Shown here: positions 43,372 to 52,129 of the stretch, piece by piece
How the letters are laid out: each line of letters opens with the position of its first letter
Numbering within the stretch: the first letter of the stretch is position 1
Assembly: GCA_965217895.1 (NCBI GenBank)
Contig: CBDCJV010000002.1
Span: 2,976,001-3,040,000 of the forward strand
DNA length: 64,000 nucleotides
Source of the DNA: Waterburya sp.
GTDB taxonomy: Bacteria; Cyanobacteriota; Cyanobacteriia; Cyanobacteriales; Xenococcaceae
Direction of reading: 5' to 3'
The notes under the pieces: model-generated
The model's database searches: none
What the model was told of the DNA's origin: nothing
What the model saw: the letters and a program-made list of their open reading frames with translations, nothing else
Translations under genes and position numbers: made by a program

Positions 43372-43647
43372 ATGTTACTCGAAACTTTTGCCAAACGTTT
43401 GAAAACTGTTGCCAACTCTCTGGTCAAAAATAAATTTATTCAACCTTATTGGGTGGAAATCATTACGCAGCAACCTTCCTGTACCTACTATTTCGGACCT
43501 TTTGATTCTCGTGCAGAAGCCAAGAAAATTCAGTCTGGTTATGTAGAAGATCTGATGTCGGAAAAAGCGATTGGGATCAGTGTTGATATTAAACGCTGTT
43601 TACCTACTAGGCTAACTATTACGGACGAGGAGTACTTTGCTGAATAA
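43372..43647 (+). CDS. DUF1816 family protein
   Basis: YWVEIITQQPSCTYYFGPF...GYVEDL..E.A..I...IKRC.P..LTI. Confidence 0.85.
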   Translation: MLLETFAKRLKTVANSLVKNKFIQPYWVEIITQQPSCTYYFGPFDSRAEAKKIQSGYVEDLMSEKAIGISVDIKRCLPTRLTITDEEYFAE

Positions 43648-44713
43648 TGTTTAAAACCACCTTTTCTTCTGGACTAAGCTGGTTAGATTTTGATTCTATA
43701 TTTGCCGTCTGGCTCATCAAGTCTAGTAAAGATCCATCTTCATAAGCTTCCAGAATAGCTGGATGAATGTAATATTTACGACAGGTTGCAGGACGATTAC
43801 CAAGCTGTTCGGCAACATTTTTTATTGCCTGAGTAATATTTTTACGTGCTGTATTTTCTGAGTCAAATTCACCTATTTCATCTAGCTCAATAGCAGCTAG
43901 CAGTGTGCCTGCCCAAGTGCGAAAGTCTTTTGCCGTAAACTCTTGCCCAGTTATGGTTTGGAGATACTCGTTTACGTCTGCTGAATCAACAAGTTGCTTC
44001 TCGCCAGATTCATCGTAATATTTAAATACTTCATATCCTGGTATTTCTTGACATTGCTTAATCACGTTTGCTAATCGGCGATCGCGCAGTTCTATTTCAT
44101 GATCCACACCGCTTTTGCCGCGAAATTCAAACTTTACCTTGGTGCCTGTAATATCTATATGGCGATCGCGCAGGGTAGTTAAGCCAAAAGAGCGATTCTT
44201 CTTAGCATACTGGCTGTTTCCCACCCTAATTAGAGTGGTTTCTAATAGCTGTACCACCGTTGCTAAAACCTTGTCTCTAGATAAGTCTTTTTGACGTAGA
44301 TGCTTGGCTGTAGTTGCTCTAATCTGGGGTAAGGAGGCAGCAAATAACACCATTCGATTAAACTTATGGCGATCGCGAATTTTGCGCCAGTCAGGATGGT
44401 AAAAATACTGTTTGCGCTTTTTAGCGTCTTTGCCAGTCGCCTGTAAATGCCCATGAGGTAAATGACAAATAAAGACATCGGTTAAAGCAGGGGGAATAGT
44501 TAAAGACTTGAGACGTTCTAATTCTGCTTCATCGGTAATGCGATCGCCTTTGCGATCTAAATAGCTAAAACCCCGACCAGCTTTTTTCCGTTCAATTCGT
44601 AAACTATCAGCCCGAACATATCTCAAGCCAGCAAGTTTGGCCGTCTTTTCTGGCTCAATGTCCAAAACCTTAACGATGTCGCTATTAGCTATCTTGTTTA
44701 CTGCTAACACCAT
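43619..44713 (-). CDS. DNA topoisomerase IB (bacterial type)
   Basis: AGLRYV, GHLQATG.DAK.RKQY.YH, IRVGN..Y...N.SFGLTTL, FRGKSG, KDFRTW, LGN.PATCRKYYIHP. Confidence 0.93.
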   Translation of the reverse strand: MVLAVNKIANSDIVKVLDIEPEKTAKLAGLRYVRADSLRIERKKAGRGFSYLDRKGDRITDEAELERLKSLTIPPALTDVFICHLPHGHLQATGKDAKKRKQYFYHPDWRKIRDRHKFNRMVLFAASLPQIRATTAKHLRQKDLSRDKVLATVVQLLETTLIRVGNSQYAKKNRSFGLTTLRDRHIDITGTKVKFEFRGKSGVDHEIELRDRRLANVIKQCQEIPGYEVFKYYDESGEKQLVDSADVNEYLQTITGQEFTAKDFRTWAGTLLAAIELDEIGEFDSENTARKNITQAIKNVAEQLGNRPATCRKYYIHPAILEAYEDGSLLDLMSQTANIESKSNQLSPEEKVVLNIIQQSTPRP

Positions 44714-44720
44714 TTTATTC

Positions 44721-45284
44721 CTATCCCTTATCGCTTTTTAGCGGATCGTGTCCCCAATTCATCAGCGAATAACGCCAGGGAGTTTTTTCTATATCTCCTG
44801 ATGGTTTTTGTGCCAGATGACGGTGAACATAGCCCACCACCTTTTTCATATGCTTAAAGTCTTTTTTCTGATAGTCAGACAGATCTTTATTTAAAATTTT
44901 GACAATTTTCTTGCCAGATTTACGCCCTTTGATTTTTCCTTTTTTGTCTTTTTGTCCTACAGAATTGCTTTCCTCCGTCTTTAGCCATTGCTTAATTTTA
45001 GAAGCATTCATATTGACTGCTGATTGAAAGTCTTCTAATACTTCTTGCTGTTTGGGTTCGAGCTTTTTATCGTCTTTTATTGAAGCCAAGGCTTTAGTTT
45101 TGTGTATGCTAGTTTTGCCTGTATTTTCGTTTTCAACTAAATAGCGGGGTTTGTTTTTAGTCGCGCTGATTTTTTTACCGTCTACCGTGGTAGATTCAGT
45201 AATTTTTTGAGTTACTTTTCCAGTAGTTTCTCCTCTGCCTACCTTCCACTTCACGCGATCGCCCTGTTTGAATTTAGTTGTCAT
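44721..45284 (-). CDS. DUF2945 (Hva1-like) plus DUF3140 fusion protein
   Basis: FKQGDRVKW...G.TTGKV...PRYLVE; AVNM...WL.T.ES..VG...HMKKVVGYVHRHLAQ.P...WRYSLMNWGHDP. Confidence 0.8.
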   Translation of the reverse strand: MTTKFKQGDRVKWKVGRGETTGKVTQKITESTTVDGKKISATKNKPRYLVENENTGKTSIHKTKALASIKDDKKLEPKQQEVLEDFQSAVNMNASKIKQWLKTEESNSVGQKDKKGKIKGRKSGKKIVKILNKDLSDYQKKDFKHMKKVVGYVHRHLAQKPSGDIEKTPWRYSLMNWGHDPLKSDKG

Positions 45285-45519
45285 AGTTTAAAGTTATTTG
45301 AAATCTCACCTCTAGATAATGGCTGATTGATAAGTATTTCAACCTCTTCTAAAAGACTGATTTTCAACAAAAGCTAATAGCTAAAAAGAGACGAAAAGTT
45401 TTTAAGAGAAACTATTGACAATGTTTGATGTGAATAAAAAAAAGCTGATTCTTCCATTTCTATCTAAAATTTGTCTGTAAAAATCAAAATATAATACTGG
45501 GGGAACTTTCCACTACTAC

Positions 45520-45785
45520 CCCACTCTCGCGCATTCCCAAGCCAGTCCGTTGCGGGTCTGTGACCCGTTGAAGGAACTGGCGTTTGCGCCTGAAGGCGAC
45601 GCGGTGAGACAGTTGCGGTGGTGAGACACTTGCGTTGCGGGTCTATGACCCGTTGAGCAAAGTGTTGAAAGGTTTCACCGGCATAAGCAAACTGTCGAAC
45701 CCTTTAGGGGTCGCTCGCCTGTTGGGGACGTGACGACCCTCCCCAAAGCCGAGGCAACGTGGGGCGAATGTATTCGCCCCTTTAA
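45520..45785. repeat. Nested cluster of GC-rich small palindromic repeats
   Basis: 24 nt repeat cgttgcgggtct(g/a)tgacccgttga at 45548 and 45633; inner element nested in gacagtt...aactgtc; ggggcgaa...ttcgcccc at 45761. Confidence 0.75.
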
Positions 45786-45947
45786 GTGCCGTCTTCCGTA
45801 AACATTAACCATGATTTCACTCATTAGCTAATTTTTAATTATCTAGATGAAGAATTGAATCTACTCGAATTAAGTTCTCAAAAAAATCTTTATTTCTCCT
45901 GAAATATTGGACTTTTTATAAACTGATAGTTAAAAAGTCAATTCACA

Positions 45948-46337
45948 TTAGGCGTATTGACAATTAATTTGCAGCCATGCAGTTAAATCTGTCTCAGAAA
46001 CCTCTGACTTAGCAATACCTAACATAATCTTGACCACCTCTACTTCAGTTGCTACTAAACTAACCCTGTTAATTTCTAAAAAGACAGCCATCACAATAAA
46101 TGCAGTCCGCTTGTTTCCATCAACAAAAGGGTGATTAATCGCGATCGCATAACCCAACGCAGCAGCCAACTCAAATAAACTAGCACCTTGATTGTAGTTA
46201 GCAATATTAGTAGGTCTATATAATGCGCTTTCTAGACTCCCTTCATCTATAAATCCAGTTGCCCCACCAAAAAGAGCAAGCTGTTGAACATGGATGGCTT
46301 TGGCTTGAGCTAGGGTGACAAATCTAACCTGGCTCAT
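45948..46337 (-). CDS. Doc/Fic-family toxin
   Basis: HPFVDGNKRTA Fic/Doc motif. Confidence 0.93.
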   Translation of the reverse strand: MSQVRFVTLAQAKAIHVQQLALFGGATGFIDEGSLESALYRPTNIANYNQGASLFELAAALGYAIAINHPFVDGNKRTAFIVMAVFLEINRVSLVATEVEVVKIMLGIAKSEVSETDLTAWLQINCQYA

Positions 46338-46558
46338 TTTGCCAACTCTTTAAGAGCGTTACGATAACGATTAGAAATTCCTTTGGCGGCTTCCATTACT
46401 TCTTCAAATTCTGGGTCATAAGGAGTTATTAGAACCCCTTCGGGAGTTTTCGTAACGTACAAACAGTCTCCTTCGGTAACATTTAACTGATCGAGAAGCT
46501 CTTTGGGTATACTCGCACCCAGGGAATTACCTATTCGGCGAATGTTTAATTTCATCAT
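46334..46558 (-). CDS. AbrB/MazE-family antitoxin
   Basis: IRRIGNSLGASIPKELL..LNV.EGD; 4 bp overlap with doc; GTAACTAC direct repeat upstream (46567-46586). Confidence 0.9.
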   Translation of the reverse strand: MMKLNIRRIGNSLGASIPKELLDQLNVTEGDCLYVTKTPEGVLITPYDPEFEEVMEAAKGISNRYRNALKELAK

Positions 46559-46729
46559 CTAACTTTGTAACTACTTTCGTAACTACAATATACCATAATC
46601 CACATTATACTTCAATCATGCCACGCCACATTTCATCAGTGCGATCGATAATTCCATCTACAGCGAGATGTATCTTTGGTTAGATATCTGCAAAATAAAG
46701 ACGTAGTAAAAAAGACTTGTTTTATCTTA

Positions 46730-47290
46730 ATGAACGACCAAAAATATCAAAAACGCGCTGTAGGAACATTTGCCACTCGCCAAGATGCCGAAGCAGCCCT
46801 AATAGAGCTTAGAGATGCAGGTTTTAATATGGATAAAATATCGGCGATCGCTCAAAACCCAGATAAAAAAGAAAAATTAGCCGATGTGGAAGTTAAAGCA
46901 ACATCTCAAAGAGTCAAAGAGGGTGTGGAAACAGGAGCTTTTATGGGAGCGACAACAGGAGGGATATTAGGCTTAATTGGGAGCTTAGGTATTTTAGCGA
47001 TACCTGGAGTAGGAGTGGCTACAGAGGTTGCCGTATTGTTGGGTAATGCTCTTTTGGGCAGCGGTATTGGTGCAGCAGGAGGAAGTCTAGTTGGTGCGCT
47101 GATCGGCTGGGGAATTCCTGAAGAGCAGGCGGCTTACTACGATCGGCTTTTGTCCCAGGGAAATTATCTGGTTTTAGTAGAAGGTACAGAAGCAGAAATA
47201 AACGGTGCAGAAGCTATTTTGCTTAATCGCCAAATTAGCAACTGGAATATTTATAATGCTCCTGGCAACAGTAGCGTATTAGGAGTTTGA
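46730..47290 (+). CDS. General stress protein (YflT/17M-like, glycine zipper)
   Basis: RAVGTF...AEAAL.EL...GF, glycine-zipper TM, GALIGWGIPEEQA..Y...G.YLV. Start ATG at 46730. Confidence 0.82.
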   Translation: MNDQKYQKRAVGTFATRQDAEAALIELRDAGFNMDKISAIAQNPDKKEKLADVEVKATSQRVKEGVETGAFMGATTGGILGLIGSLGILAIPGVGVATEVAVLLGNALLGSGIGAAGGSLVGALIGWGIPEEQAAYYDRLLSQGNYLVLVEGTEAEINGAEAILLNRQISNWNIYNAPGNSSVLGV

Positions 47291-47300
47291 AAACTATTTT

Positions 47301-47903
47301 ATGCTTGAATTTATTGTTAATAGTGTAAATTCTCTTGGTTACGTAGGAATCGCTTTATTGATGGCGTTGGAAAACATAATACCGCCTATTCCTTCAGAAC
47401 TGATTATGCCTTTGGCTGGATTTGCCGTAACTCAGGGAAAGCTAAACCTGATCGGCGTAATTATAGCAGGGACTGTAGGTTCTGTAGCAGGGGCAATTCC
47501 CTGGTATTTTTTGGGAAAATATTGGGGCTTAAAACGCACCAAAGCGATCGCCGATAAATATGGCAAATGGTTGACCGTTTCTGGCGCAGATGTAGAGCAG
47601 GCTAAAAACTGGTTTGATAGAAGAGGTTATATTGCAACAGCTATGGGTCGTCTTGTACCAGGCATCAGAACTTATATATCTATTCCCGCAGGCATTAGCA
47701 GGATGCCTTTGCTCCCTTTTTTGGCTTATTCAACGGCAGGATCGATTGTTTGGGTTAGTTTGCTGACTTATGCTGGCTATATTTTGGGGGAAAACTACGA
47801 ATTGGTAGGAACTTATCTCAAGCCCATAAGTATATTAGTTGCCATTGCTGTAATTTCTTTGGTGATCTACTGGGTTATAAAAAGAAAAAGACACCACATT
47901 TAA
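47301..47903 (+). CDS. DedA family membrane protein
   Basis: LENIIPPIPSELIMPLAG, GRLVPGIRTYISIPAG. Confidence 0.93.
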   Translation: MLEFIVNSVNSLGYVGIALLMALENIIPPIPSELIMPLAGFAVTQGKLNLIGVIIAGTVGSVAGAIPWYFLGKYWGLKRTKAIADKYGKWLTVSGADVEQAKNWFDRRGYIATAMGRLVPGIRTYISIPAGISRMPLLPFLAYSTAGSIVWVSLLTYAGYILGENYELVGTYLKPISILVAIAVISLVIYWVIKRKRHHI

Positions 47904-48012
47904 GTAGATGGTTGTAACTAAATATGAAATGAATCGGTTCGCGACTGGGGACTGGGGATTAGGAATAAAATTTCGTCATCAAGTCTTATAAATTATTTCG
48001 CCTACCTACTTA
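47901..48012. mobile_element. MITE (TAAGTAG(G/A)TGG end family) containing GGGGACT heptamers
   Basis: taagtagatggttgtaactaa ... ttatttcgcctacctactta; begins in the dedA stop codon. Confidence 0.65.
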
Positions 48013-48109
48013 ACTACAGTTAATCAAGCTTCAAAACTCACTCAAACCGAGAACAAAAACGTAAATAAATCTTTGCAAGAGGATAAGAAAGATCAAAAAG
48101 AATCCAATA

Positions 48110-48250
48110 TACAGCCATTATAGAAAATAGATGAATCAAAAGGGCTATGTCGAGTCGCCGTAACCTTTCTGACTTCTGACTCCGTGCGACTAAAGCCTTT
48201 GGGACTTCCAAAAAAGCTTAACCTATGTCAATTAATTGGAATAACTATTA
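48110..48250. mobile_element. Degenerate MITE (TATAGTCATT family)
   Basis: Right end tatgtcaattaattggaataacta matches the 63438 copy; weak left end tacagccatt. Confidence 0.45.
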
Positions 48251-48512
48251 AGTTGCTAACTTGTTCGTCTGTTACCTAAGACCGTTTTGATGAAGGATTG
48301 CGCCTTCCCTTGGTAACAACTAAGCAGAGGAAGCGATAAAAACTCTGCACCTAGTTAGCTTAACTTTAATTACTACTGTCCGAGAATCTGGCGATCGCTC
48401 TCCTTCGATTCTCAGCAATGGGTCACAACGGTACAACTCCCATCCAGTAAATTTTGTTTTTGGTTATATCAGGTATGTTAAGCGAAATTCATCTCGCTCA
48501 ATTCCGTCGCAA
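48250..48512 (-). ncRNA. Candidate highly structured non-coding RNA of unknown family
   Basis: One hairpin plus two three-way junctions; G-U pairs only on the minus strand; complementary loops (see findings). Confidence 0.55.
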
Positions 48513-48791
48513 GTTATATTCTTTCTCTAAACTTTTTACAAAATAAGTAACTCTGGGATTATATCTTTTTGAATAGATAGAAACTCTTAGACTCATTTAG
48601 GTACAAATTTTTATCCTTTACCCAAACGAAATTAAAGTGTACTTCATCAATACAAAATAATGTTATCTAAAACTTTTCAAGTCAACCATCCGCAGTCAGA
48701 ATATTAAACAAAGAACAATTGATTAAAATGAGAATTACTAATTACAAACAGTACTATTATCGGTTTCATTTATTAGCTATATTTTATATCA

Positions 48792-49298
48792 ATGTCTAAT
48801 AAACTACTTCTGACTTCTTTCCAAACTTGGCTACCTCACCAAATATCAAATTCTTCTGATGATTTACTAGAAACAATCCAAAAGCAGCGATTTGCTAAAG
48901 ATTCTTTATTCTTTCTCAGAAAGCTACCTGTTGATATAGAATTAGCTTCTGAACAAGTTATCGAAACAATTAAAGCTATTAAGCCGAAAGGCATTCTTTG
49001 CTGTGGGATGGCAGAATCAAGAGAAAAACTGATGGTAGAGTCTAATGCTGTTTGCAGAGAAGACTGCATTTTTACTCTAGTCGATCTCAATAAAATGATT
49101 ACTTGTTTGGCACATACTGAAGTTAGTCATAATGCAGGCAAGTTTGTTTGCGAGGGATTGTATTATGAAATTCTCAAATATACTCAAGCAAATACTTTAA
49201 AAATTCCCTGTATTTTTATTCATGTTCCTGTGCTTTACGCCAAAAACATAGACATTATTCAAGAAGACTTTACCGCCATTATTAATTTCTTGCTTTGA
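48792..49298 (+). CDS. Pyroglutamyl-peptidase I family (peptidase C15) protein
   Basis: LLTSF, NSS, LPV, VESNA, SHNAGKFVCE, FIHVP. Confidence 0.85.
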   Translation: MSNKLLLTSFQTWLPHQISNSSDDLLETIQKQRFAKDSLFFLRKLPVDIELASEQVIETIKAIKPKGILCCGMAESREKLMVESNAVCREDCIFTLVDLNKMITCLAHTEVSHNAGKFVCEGLYYEILKYTQANTLKIPCIFIHVPVLYAKNIDIIQEDFTAIINFLL

Positions 49299-49327
49299 CG
49301 CTCCCCCGCATAAATGACGGGAGATTT
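49295..49327 (-). mobile_element. IS200/IS605-type right-end hairpin (non-autonomous remnant)
   Basis: Minus strand AAATCTCCCGTCATTTATGCGGGGGAGCGTCAA, ending in TCAA. Confidence 0.55.
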
Positions 49328-49448
49328 CTCCTTTACGCGCTTTCTTCTTAAAGCAAAATCAACAAGCCTAGGCTTGTTAGCCCATACAAAAACTAAGCCA
49401 ATATGGACATAGCCTCGACTCAGCGATCGCACTTTGACCAGCAGTCAA

Positions 49449-49495
49449 GAGTCACAGACTAATCCACCTCAAGACGGCGGACTAATCTGCGACTC
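49449..49495 (-). terminator. 20 bp stem-loop 3' of psbM
   Basis: Minus strand GAGTCGCAGATTAGTCCGCC-GTCTTGA-GGTGGATTAGTCTGTGACTC with four G-U pairs. Confidence 0.6.
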
Positions 49496-49526
49496 AAAAG
49501 TAAAAAAATTATTCTCTAAATTTAAA

Positions 49527-49637
49527 TCAACCTTCTCTTTGATCTTTATCAGTCTGAATAAAGAGAATAAGTAAGAAGACAGTAGGAACTAAAACAAATA
49601 GGATAGTAGCTACAAATCCCAGATCATTAACTTCCAT
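49527..49637 (-). CDS. psbM: Photosystem II reaction centre protein M
   Basis: [36 protein letters not shown]; below the ORF-track length cutoff. Confidence 0.95.
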   Translation of the reverse strand: MEVNDLGFVATILFVLVPTVFLLILFIQTDKDQREG

Positions 49638-49727
49638 ACAATAGCAGCCCCTAAATAAGTGATTATTAAAACGATATTCTTAGTCTAGAATATCATTACT
49701 TAGGCGAATAGGTGCATCGACCCATGC

Positions 49728-50042
49728 TTATTTTTTCTTAGAAGGCTTTGGTTTGGTAATAATTTTTACCGATCCATTAACTATAGTTTGGCAAGCTAAA
49801 CGGTAATTATCAGGTTTTTTCTTTAGTCTGCGTTTTTCAAAATCCGTTTTAGGAGATAAATTTTCCATTCCTTCGGCAACTTCGACAACACAGGTGGCAC
49901 ATTGACCGTAGCCACCACAGTTTCTTAGTTTTCCTCCAAGGGTATAAATATCAACTCGGTTTTGGATAGCTTTTTCACGCAAATTAGAACCCATTGCTGC
50001 GATCACTTCCTTATTTTCCTTTTCAAAGGAAATTGTCGTCAT
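49728..50042 (-). CDS. 2Fe-2S ferredoxin-like protein
   Basis: [11 protein letters not shown]...RLACQ. Confidence 0.92.
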   Translation of the reverse strand: MTTISFEKENKEVIAAMGSNLREKAIQNRVDIYTLGGKLRNCGGYGQCATCVVEVAEGMENLSPKTDFEKRRLKKKPDNYRLACQTIVNGSVKIITKPKPSKKK

Positions 50043-50165
50043 AGAAAATTCCTCTTCTTAAATTCTATTTACTATAATTTTAAGAAATCATAAGAGATCA
50101 TACATCGATTTCCCAGTTTATTATGTTTTGAAGTGTATACCTAAGTAAATAGAATGTTTCTCTAA

Positions 50166-50945
50166 TTAAACGATAGTCGGACACAGACTATAATCCCAAT
50201 TCCAGCAATCAATTTGTTGCTGATTGATTTTGGTTTTAATCGCTATGGCTGCAACATAATCAACTACGGGTAGATAAGAATACATTGACCAATTTGCTGT
50301 TGCTTGCTTATCTCCCTGAATGGCTTGTAAGCAAGGATATCCAGTCTGGTCAAGACATATATCTACATCAGCCAATGAGCCTGTTAAACCCATACCAGTC
50401 GCTTTTAAATAAGCCTCTTTAGCAGTCCACAACTGAAAAAATGCTTTATGTTGTTGTTGACCGCTTAAACTGGCGATTAATTGAGATTCTTGAGTAGAAA
50501 AAAAACGCTGGGCAATTTTGGCGACATCTTCCATTGACCGCAGATATTCTAGATCTATTCCCAGAGGATAATCGTAAGTAAAGCCATACAGAGCATATTC
50601 GTGAGAATGGGAGATATTAAACTGTAGTGAACTATTAGAAAATGGTGCTGCTAGGCTTGGTTTACCGCGATCGCCATACCCAAATTTTACGGTAACAGGG
50701 CTTGTTTGCAGATAATTTGCTAATAAATGTCTTAATATGCCTCTGGCTACAGTAAAGCGTCTTTTGTGTTGAGGAAATCGAAATTTGTTTGCTCTTGCTA
50801 CTTCATCCTTGGATAGAAAAGTTGCTAACTGTTCAACTACTGTTGACGGTAAATCTAAATTAGCACGCCATAAATGAAGGCGATCGCAGTTTAATGGAGG
50901 ATGATACGGTGGATTTTTCCAGATCTGACTGTTGTTCTGGCTCAT
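50166..50945 (-). CDS. 4'-phosphopantetheinyl transferase (Sfp/HetI type)
   Basis: GKP, FNISHS, GIDLE, WTAKEAYLKATG.G. Likely start 50945. Confidence 0.92.
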   Translation of the reverse strand: MSQNNSQIWKNPPYHPPLNCDRLHLWRANLDLPSTVVEQLATFLSKDEVARANKFRFPQHKRRFTVARGILRHLLANYLQTSPVTVKFGYGDRGKPSLAAPFSNSSLQFNISHSHEYALYGFTYDYPLGIDLEYLRSMEDVAKIAQRFFSTQESQLIASLSGQQQHKAFFQLWTAKEAYLKATGMGLTGSLADVDICLDQTGYPCLQAIQGDKQATANWSMYSYLPVVDYVAAIAIKTKINQQQIDCWNWDYSLCPTIV

Positions 50946-51019
50946 TCTTAGAAGATAAAGCAGAGTAAAGGCGATCGCATAGCTCAATGGCTAAAGACTT
51001 TATTTTAGGTGAGATCTAT

Positions 51020-52012
51020 CTACGTTCGCAAAGTGAACACAAGACAGAGTTCAATTATCTTCGTTTGCAGCATTGGCATTGCTTCGGCACCTTGTTTAAG
51101 ACTATATTCAAGTTCTAGCAGTAAGGGCAATATTGCTAAAAGTTGCTGGGTGCTTACACTGCTAATTTCTTGATTGATAAAGTAAAGACGATTAGGATTA
51201 TTGATACCCGCAGCAGTTGCAATTACTTTATTATCTTTTTCCCCCGTTGACTGCATTAGCTTAACTATTGTCCAGATGCGAAACTGCCCAACTAAAGTGG
51301 CGACTATTTTTAAGGCTGGTTCGTTGCGGTTGATTAAATCAGTTACCAGTCCCAAAGAGCGATCAATATCCCCGTCTTTAATGGCTGCTGCTAACTTGAG
51401 ACTGTTTTGAGTATTGCAGAGAACTAAAGCCGATACGGTGTTTTCATCTAAAACTCGATCGCTATCCCCTTGATAAATTTTTAATTTTTCTAATTCATTC
51501 CATAATTGTCTAGTGTCGTTGCCGACGGATTCTGCTAAGGTTGCGATCGCTTTATTCGTCAATTTAAGCTTTTTTTCCTGAGCAACTTCTCTAACTTGAG
51601 CAGCAATAAGATCGCTTTTCCAAGGAGGAATTAAGCTAAATTCTTTTACTTGAGCAATTTTTTGAATTAGCTTAGTTGAGGCTAATCTTTTATCCAGTTT
51701 TTTATTAGTAGTTAATAGTAAATGAGCAGTTTTCGGAATTACTTCTAGGGTGCGTTTTAATTCAGATAAAATCTCTTCAGTCGGTTTTTGATGGCAAAGA
51801 TTGGTATCTGCTAGCCAAACCAAACGTTCTCCCATACCAAATACTGGGGTCATCGCTTGATTTAAACCTTCAATAATTGCTTGGGGACTGTCTGCTGCAA
51901 TTTTATGGTAGTTAAATTGAAGCCAAGCAGGGTTAAGGACTTTATCCTGTAATTTTTTAACTGAATTGGCGATCGCAAAATCATTTTCTCCCCAATATAA
52001 ATATACAGGCAT
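51020..52012 (-). CDS. holA: DNA polymerase III delta subunit
   Basis: MPVYLYWGENDF, ELEKL, NEPALKIVATLVGQFR; typical cyanobacterial HolA. Confidence 0.9.
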   Translation of the reverse strand: MPVYLYWGENDFAIANSVKKLQDKVLNPAWLQFNYHKIAADSPQAIIEGLNQAMTPVFGMGERLVWLADTNLCHQKPTEEILSELKRTLEVIPKTAHLLLTTNKKLDKRLASTKLIQKIAQVKEFSLIPPWKSDLIAAQVREVAQEKKLKLTNKAIATLAESVGNDTRQLWNELEKLKIYQGDSDRVLDENTVSALVLCNTQNSLKLAAAIKDGDIDRSLGLVTDLINRNEPALKIVATLVGQFRIWTIVKLMQSTGEKDNKVIATAAGINNPNRLYFINQEISSVSTQQLLAILPLLLELEYSLKQGAEAMPMLQTKIIELCLVFTLRT

Positions 52013-52129
52013 ATCAGTTTTGTTTTCTTCTCTTTATGTAAAGATACGGCTATTTTTTATTAATAAATATACTCTCAGTATAATCTCGGAGTTATATTTA
52101 TTTTAGAGAAATAATTAAAGGTTTTTACA

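Noticed and set aside
46579..46593. NtcA binding site
   Set aside because: Spacing is GTA-N9-TAC rather than N8; better explained as part of the antitoxin operator repeat.
48013..48123. Coding-like stretch (TTVNQASKLTQ...) as a lost DedA C-terminus
   Set aside because: Removing the MITE still leaves TAA at the dedA end, and the stretch is out of frame.
48250..48512. Group II intron or retron explanation for the structured RNA
   Set aside because: The TTGCG start and kissing loops loosely recall intron domain I, but the loop order differs and there is no domain V/VI or reverse transcriptase nearby. Not supported, though not excluded without a covariance-model search.
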